From Clostridia bacterium (GTDB taxonomy: Bacteria; Bacillota; Clostridia; Christensenellales; UMGS416), in NCBI GenBank assembly GCA_030637745.1, contig DAOWFX010000043.1, positions 3,424-67,423 on the forward strand: a stretch of DNA of 64,000 bases, read 5' to 3'. The position numbers and the translations under genes are program-made. Every line of letters begins with the position of its first letter. Within the stretch, counting starts at the first letter, position 1. The notes under the pieces are model-generated. The model was not told the origin of the DNA. It worked only from the letters and a program-made list of their open reading frames with translations, and made no database searches. This document shows, piece by piece, positions 58,747-64,000 of the stretch.

Positions 58747-59241
58747 ATGAATATTTTCAAAGCGATACTATCAAATGGGTTTGTCTTAATGATGCCGATT
58801 TTTATTTGGAATATCATCTTCACTTCAAAGCTTCCTTCGCCATTTGAGGCAAGAAACTTTGATGTTGGTATTCCTCAATATATATTGCTCGGAGAGAACC
58901 TATTTAGAGCTGTTGTATTTATACTGCCAATCTTGTTTACAATTGACATGAGCACAAGGGTAGGCAAAATCGGGCTATTATTCTATTTGGCTGGATGCCT
59001 TATTTACTTTGCATCATGGCTGCTTATCATTTATATGCAGGATTCATCTTGGAGCACTGGTATATTCGGATTTACTGCACCTGCCTATACTCCGATTATT
59101 TGGCTTGTCGGTATAAGTTTAATGACAGGATCATACAATATCAAAATCCCTTACACAAGATGGCACTATCTAGTACCGTGTATTGTTTTTATCGGAGTCC
59201 ATACCATCCATAGCATTATGGCATACACCAAAATTATCTGA
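58747..59241 (+). CDS. membrane protein (about 5 TM), function unknown
   Basis: Start moved to MNIFKAILSN (GAGGAGG SD). The track's 58630 start would run through a terminator and a promoter. Confidence 0.6.
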   Translation: MNIFKAILSNGFVLMMPIFIWNIIFTSKLPSPFEARNFDVGIPQYILLGENLFRAVVFILPILFTIDMSTRVGKIGLLFYLAGCLIYFASWLLIIYMQDSSWSTGIFGFTAPAYTPIIWLVGISLMTGSYNIKIPYTRWHYLVPCIVFIGVHTIHSIMAYTKII

Positions 59242-59272
59242 TTGTAGTTGAAGAAGTATAAAGGAGTACTAA

Positions 59273-59878
59273 ATGGTTAAAAAAAGTGAAGAAGTAAAAG
59301 AACTATTTATCAAGGTAGCAGATGAGCTCTTTACAGATTATGGATATGAAAAAGTGAACGTTGCGCAAATATGCAGTAAAGCAGGTAAAGCAAAGGGTTT
59401 ATTCTTCTACTACTTTGAGAAAAAAGAGAACATCGTAAAAATTATCTTAGAAAGACAAATCAAGCAAATGAGTAAAGGTCTTCGTCAAATGCTGACAACG
59501 CTTCCGGGTACAGGAGTGGATAAAATGAACTTCCTAATGAATGCGTTGATCTTCAGAGATAGTACAGGACCAAAGGCATTGTATTATTTCAAAGATACCA
59601 TGCTACCCGAGTGGATCGATAGCTATTCGCATCGATTAAAGGACAAGTACGTTTATCCAATCATACTCAAAATAGTTCAAGATGGAAGTGATGAAGGAGT
59701 GTTTAGAAATGCTACACAAGCTCAAACTGAGATTATCTACCTAGGTATAAGTCAGTATATGCACAAGCATTATCTTGCAATGGCAGATAATCAATATTAT
59801 ACAAATGCTGTGAATGCGATATCCAGCGTATTAGCAAATGCCTTAGGGTGCAAAGAGGGACAAATAAAAATCAAGTGA
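59273..59878 (+). CDS. TetR/AcrR-family transcriptional regulator
   Basis: 201 aa. N-terminal HTH FTDYGYEKVNVAQICSKAGKAKGLFFYYF. AAAGGAG SD. Confidence 0.85.
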   Translation: MVKKSEEVKELFIKVADELFTDYGYEKVNVAQICSKAGKAKGLFFYYFEKKENIVKIILERQIKQMSKGLRQMLTTLPGTGVDKMNFLMNALIFRDSTGPKALYYFKDTMLPEWIDSYSHRLKDKYVYPIILKIVQDGSDEGVFRNATQAQTEIIYLGISQYMHKHYLAMADNQYYTNAVNAISSVLANALGCKEGQIKIK

Positions 59879-59914
59879 AAATAGGAGTATTGAAATGAAA
59901 AGAAAGGATAGAAA

Positions 59915-60469
59915 ATGAATATTACAATTATCAATGGAATTCAAGATACAAAACATAATAAGTATCAAAAAACGTTGGAGGAAACAGTCACAGCACTCAA
60001 CAAAGACCATCAGGTGGATATGTTTACAATCGACGATATGAATGTAGCATATTGCTGTGGTTGCTTTTCCTGTTGGGTGAAAACACCGGGTATCTGCATA
60101 TACAAGGATGATGGTGTAGATATCGTGAGAAGTATCGCTAAGACAGATTACTTGCTTATAGTATCTCCGGTAGTTGCAGGATTTATCTCATCCAGTACAA
60201 AAAAAGCGATGGATCGATTTTTACCGACATTACTTCCATACATCAAAATATATGATGGCGAAAGTCACCATGTACCACGTTATGACAAAAGAAGCAATTT
60301 AGGACTCGTCTTATTGGATGAAGGTGATTTGGATGATGAAGCTGTGAAGATTAACTTTGATATAATTGATCGATTAGCAAAGAACTTTCATGCACCAAAA
60401 GTATTCAAAGCATGTGCACTATTGGAGAATATCAAGGAGGTAATTACAAATGAAATATGTAGTTGTTAA
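59915..60469 (+). CDS. flavodoxin-like fold NAD(P)H-dependent FMN reductase / iron-sulfur flavoprotein-like protein
   Basis: 184 aa. Cys cluster YCCGCFSCWVKTPGICIYKDD and SPVVAGFISS, typical of this family. Confidence 0.65.
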   Translation: MNITIINGIQDTKHNKYQKTLEETVTALNKDHQVDMFTIDDMNVAYCCGCFSCWVKTPGICIYKDDGVDIVRSIAKTDYLLIVSPVVAGFISSSTKKAMDRFLPTLLPYIKIYDGESHHVPRYDKRSNLGLVLLDEGDLDDEAVKINFDIIDRLAKNFHAPKVFKACALLENIKEVITNEICSC

Positions 60470-61079
60470 TGGCTCCCCTCGCGGAAAAAAGAGCAATTCA
60501 GATAGAATCATCAGTTGGATGACACAAAACAGTCAAGAGGTTCAAAAAGTGTATGTTGCAGACATCAAAAAACACGATGAAGCAATGAAAGTGATATTAG
60601 ATGCAGATCGATATCTTATGGTTTTCCCACTATATACCGATGCCATGCCGGGGATGACAAAAGCCTTTATGGAGAAGATGCAGCAGATTAATTTAGAGGA
60701 GAAATCGATTGTATTTGTAGTACACTCAGGCTTTTCTGAACCCATACATTCAAGAACGGTGGAAAGATATTGTGCATACTTTACAAAAGCAAACAAGATG
60801 AAATATCTCGGATGTGTCGTTATGGGTGGCAGCGAGGCTATGCAAGTAGCTCCCAATGGATATTTCGGCAAGAAAAAGGATTACTTTGAGGCACTGGGTC
60901 AAAACATCATGAAAGGTGAACTGCTGGACCAAGCATTGCTTCAAAAGATTGCAGGCGCAGAGCGGTTCAGTAAGTTCAAAATCCTTATATTAAGATTTCT
61001 ACCAACGGACATGTACTGGAATTCTCGACTGAAGAAAAACGGTGCATATGAAAAAAGATTAGATAAACCATATTCTTAA
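60450..61079 (+). CDS. flavodoxin-like fold NAD(P)H-dependent oxidoreductase
   Basis: 209 aa. MKYVVVNGSPRGKKSNS N-terminus and FPLYTDAMPG. 20-nt overlap with the previous gene. Confidence 0.65.
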   Translation: MKYVVVNGSPRGKKSNSDRIISWMTQNSQEVQKVYVADIKKHDEAMKVILDADRYLMVFPLYTDAMPGMTKAFMEKMQQINLEEKSIVFVVHSGFSEPIHSRTVERYCAYFTKANKMKYLGCVVMGGSEAMQVAPNGYFGKKKDYFEALGQNIMKGELLDQALLQKIAGAERFSKFKILILRFLPTDMYWNSRLKKNGAYEKRLDKPYS

Positions 61080-61159
61080 TTATTAGATAATAAGAAATAT
61101 ACAAAGAGGGATCAAAGTGATTTTTAAAATCAATAAAAATCTAATGAAATAAGCTAGAA

Positions 61160-61702
61160 TTATTGTAATAAATTAGTCCAATCTCTCTTTCTTAATCTAT
61201 ATTCTAATCTGTCATGCATCTTTGTGTCGGTATATTCTCTTTCTTTAGTCATGCCGACTTTTTGCATGATTCTTTCTGATGCGGTATTGGTTTTTGCGCA
61301 ACCTGCTTCTATTTCTGTGATATTTGTTTTGTTAAAAATAAAGTCAATGACTGCATTGGCAGCTTCTGTGGTAGTGCCATCCCCCCAAAATTCAGGTAAG
61401 ATGAAATATCCGAGCCTTGCCCATAATAATGACTTATTATTGCTTAAAACTTTGAAACCTATTTCTCCAATATATTCTTTGGTTTCTTTCATGATAATGG
61501 CAAAATAATATTTTTCTCTATCTGCAAGTGTCGATTGGCTAATGTTTTCCAGGAGATGATTTTTGGTTTGCTGTAAAGAATTAGTCTTTAGATCGTGCAA
61601 ATAATGCATCGCATCATTACCAGACATAAGTTTATGCATGAACTTAAGATCATCTAATATATGATCTCTAATTACTAATCTTTTTGTTTCAATTCTTGTC
61701 AT
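61160..61702 (-). CDS. GNAT-family N-acetyltransferase (RimJ/RimL-like)
   Basis: 180 aa. ETKRLVIRDHILDDL N-terminus and FWGDGTTTEAANAVIDFIF acetyl-CoA region. Confidence 0.85.
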   Translation of the reverse strand: MTRIETKRLVIRDHILDDLKFMHKLMSGNDAMHYLHDLKTNSLQQTKNHLLENISQSTLADREKYYFAIIMKETKEYIGEIGFKVLSNNKSLLWARLGYFILPEFWGDGTTTEAANAVIDFIFNKTNITEIEAGCAKTNTASERIMQKVGMTKEREYTDTKMHDRLEYRLRKRDWTNLLQ

Positions 61703-63110
61703 ATTTAGCTTTAAATATATCCTTAAACTTCACACACTCTCCACAAGGGAGCGAACCCGCTATCAGCAACATCAATACCACAGGAAAGTTCCTCGCAACA
61801 AATACCGGATTCACAAATCCATATCCCATGAACAATGCCCAAGGAATGAGTCGCATAACTTTATTAGCTGTATAGGGCGACATTCTCATGTTACGTCTAA
61901 AGAAAAAGATGAAAAACAATATGAGTGGCATGCAACCAACAAATCCATACATCGCCCAATAATCAAGCCAACTGGAGTGATTCCCGATGCCATTAACCAC
62001 GGTCTTTGTTTTAAAATATGGGCCGACACCAAAGAGTGGATACTTCTTGATGGTATCTATAGATACCTTATAAAACTCCCAGCGCGATTCTTCATCATAT
62101 ATGACAACAGTTTCCTCTTCCTCTCCGCCTTCACCGGTGGATGTAGGTCGCGGTGCAATGTCGTATTCTGTTACTACAAGTATTAGGTCTCGAAGCTTTG
62201 CTTTATACATTTCATTGGTTAGATGTGGTAGCATCCAAGAAAACAGTGCAACAATAAGGACAACAGACAGCAATAATACAGCAAGTAGTACTTTTCTTCT
62301 TTTTTTGTTCTTATAAAAGATTAATGCATATACTAGCATTATAAATAACGACACCATAACGATAATTATGATTCCTGAATATGCAGAATAAAAACATCCC
62401 GCAATACATAAAAGATACAGAATGGTTGCAAACACACGATGTTTCATCTTAGTAATAAGGTATGCAAATACAGGAATGGATATCGCAAGGCCTGTAAAGA
62501 ATGTATAAGACCCCAATCCTTTATATTCTAGGGGAGCATATTTTGCAATGTCCTCAAAATAGAATGCATTAAATTGGCGTGCTATGAACGGATCGTTTTG
62601 TAGCATGAAGATTGATAATAAACTATGCACAGCATATACAAACAAAGCAACATAGACTAAGGTCAACAATACATTGCGCTCATCATAGATACTATACATA
62701 TAGTCAATCATATACACCGTCATAAACATAATGGTATAAACGATTGCCCAGTATCCGTTTTCACCGCGTCCTGCAAGGTAGATGATGGAGATTACCACAA
62801 GCCATACTACCATGCTGACTATTTCTGGGATGCGAGATTTATCAATGAGGAACTTTTTGCCTCTTTTTCTTTGTCGTACAACACATGATATAAACCATGC
62901 CATATAGACAGCAAAGACAACGGGATATCCATATAGTGTACGCGTAAACGCAGATACAGTTGGAGATGTTAATGAGATAATAAATAGAATTGCAAAAATA
63001 ATATCCAACTTTAGAAAACACTTAAAGCTCAAAAACACTTTCCATGAATTTTTTAGATAACCCAAGATTGACTGCGGTATTTTCAGTATATTTTGTTTTA
63101 TTTTCTCCAA
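61689..63110 (-). CDS. O-antigen ligase / Wzy-like polymerase family membrane protein
   Basis: 473 aa. TTG start 7 nt after AAGGAG. About 10-12 TM helices with a Wzy_C-like loop (GVGPYFKTKTVVNGIGNHSSWLDYWAMYGFVG). Confidence 0.7.
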   Translation of the reverse strand: MEKIKQNILKIPQSILGYLKNSWKVFLSFKCFLKLDIIFAILFIISLTSPTVSAFTRTLYGYPVVFAVYMAWFISCVVRQRKRGKKFLIDKSRIPEIVSMVVWLVVISIIYLAGRGENGYWAIVYTIMFMTVYMIDYMYSIYDERNVLLTLVYVALFVYAVHSLLSIFMLQNDPFIARQFNAFYFEDIAKYAPLEYKGLGSYTFFTGLAISIPVFAYLITKMKHRVFATILYLLCIAGCFYSAYSGIIIIVMVSLFIMLVYALIFYKNKKRRKVLLAVLLLSVVLIVALFSWMLPHLTNEMYKAKLRDLILVVTEYDIAPRPTSTGEGGEEEETVVIYDEESRWEFYKVSIDTIKKYPLFGVGPYFKTKTVVNGIGNHSSWLDYWAMYGFVGCMPLILFFIFFFRRNMRMSPYTANKVMRLIPWALFMGYGFVNPVFVARNFPVVLMLLIAGSLPCGECVKFKDIFKAKYDKN

Positions 63111-63122
63111 ATTAAATGCTCC

Positions 63123-63833
63123 TTATGTAATCGTTCCCTTAATCATATCGATAATGAAGTTGCTATGAAAGTAAAAGCGCCCCAGCTGACTATCTTCTAA
63201 GAATACGATGATTTCATTAAACTGCAAGAAAGCAAGTATGACTGGTATAATCGAAAATATTAAAAACATCATCAAGAATCCTTGCACGAATCCCAGTAGT
63301 GTACCTGCAACACTATCAAATAGCTTTAGTACAGGAAGCTTGAAGACATAGTCATAAAGTCCAATCAAGATATTAAATGCTATATAAAATATTAGAAATA
63401 TAATGATAAAGCTTATGATATTGAGTGTCATATTGGCAATTGTCATTGATAAATAGTCACCCAAGGTCACCACTCCATCTTGTGCAAATGCAGTAGCACC
63501 AACATTCTCTGCAAGCAGTGTTCCCAGTGGATGCGCAAGGTTTGATTTTGCAATGATATCATTGAGTGCTTCTGGGGCTAGGGAGGTTGCTACTGACCGC
63601 ACATTTTCTACAGCACCCAACATTTCTGAACTATCGGAGTAGTTGATTAATATGGGAATAATTTGTCCAGATGCTTTGAATGTTTGCGCAAGCTGCGGAT
63701 GTAGCCACCATGCACCCAATAGTGAGATAAAGAAAGTAACTGTATTAAGTATAGCCTTAAAGAAGCCTTTGTGATAGCCAACTATTGCAAATAGCATAAA
63801 GAGTGCGAATATTCCTAAGTCAATTAATATCAT
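63123..63833 (-). CDS. cvpA: CvpA-family membrane protein
   Basis: 236 aa. N-terminus MILIDLGIFALFMLFAIVGYHKGFFKAIL is typical of CvpA. Confidence 0.85.
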   Translation of the reverse strand: MILIDLGIFALFMLFAIVGYHKGFFKAILNTVTFFISLLGAWWLHPQLAQTFKASGQIIPILINYSDSSEMLGAVENVRSVATSLAPEALNDIIAKSNLAHPLGTLLAENVGATAFAQDGVVTLGDYLSMTIANMTLNIISFIIIFLIFYIAFNILIGLYDYVFKLPVLKLFDSVAGTLLGFVQGFLMMFLIFSIIPVILAFLQFNEIIVFLEDSQLGRFYFHSNFIIDMIKGTIT

Positions 63834-63847
63834 AAGTCACCCATTCT

Positions 63848-64000
63848 TTAGTGTAGTGCCACTGTGTAGTATTTTTCCCCTGACCGTACAACAACAGCTT
63901 TTCCGGAAGAAACACCGATTACTTCATCAATGGCAAAGGTAAGTTTTGAAAAGCCACGTTTTTTTCCATTAAAGCTCATATTGTATATACCTTGAGGGGA
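63848..64000 (-). CDS. 3' end of an unidentified CDS (or a 43-aa ORF starting at 63979)
   Basis: The reverse strand is open from the window edge: SPQGIYNMSFNGKKRGFSKLTFAIDEVIGVSSGKAVVVRSGEKYYTVALH, with stop at 63850-63848, 14 nt before the cvpA start. No family recognised. Confidence 0.35.
   Translation of the reverse strand, partial: SPQGIYNMSFNGKKRGFSKLTFAIDEVIGVSSGKAVVVRSGEKYYTVALH

Overview
AT-rich (roughly one-third G+C by eye), densely coding chromosomal segment with low-GC Firmicute gene content: PrsA-type foldase lipoprotein, LCP protein, class B sortase, YhaM, GGDEF/HD-GYP signalling. I can support about 57 protein-coding genes. I saw no rRNA, tRNA, CRISPR array, transposase or integrase. 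Housekeeping anchors are gap, two-subunit class I fumarate hydratase, cca, gyrB-gyrA, rmuC-mfd, yhaM and cvpA. Accessory content includes: four LplA-like solute-binding lipoproteins with no transporter partners (two are a recent tandem duplicate); a small surface-glycan module (FrhB-like Fe-S protein, 2 glycosyltransferases, Wzx) plus a distant Wzy/O-antigen-ligase-like gene, an LCP and a GT-C-like membrane protein; an orphan histidine kinase; two c-di-GMP proteins; and a TetR-controlled operon. Observations most worth a second look: (1) an operon of a DUF5685-like protein, a J-domain protein ending in a eukaryotic-CSP-like cysteine string (11 Cys in the last 29 residues) and a membrane protein; (2) a degenerate tandem array of about 114-bp noncoding units, starting with an inverted copy at the srtB stop codon; (3) a MerR-GGDEF fusion behind a textbook 19-bp-spacer MerR promoter; (4) two leader-peptide/terminator attenuators, one before an ABC exporter and one before a SAM methyltransferase; (5) a serine-palmitoyltransferase-like alpha-oxoamine synthase divergent from an SDR; (6) a recurrent '-10 hexamer, 6 nt, ATG, no Shine-Dalgarno' arrangement at five genes, suggesting leaderless mRNAs. 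All family assignments come from motif recognition by eye. No database search, folding calculation or statistic was run.
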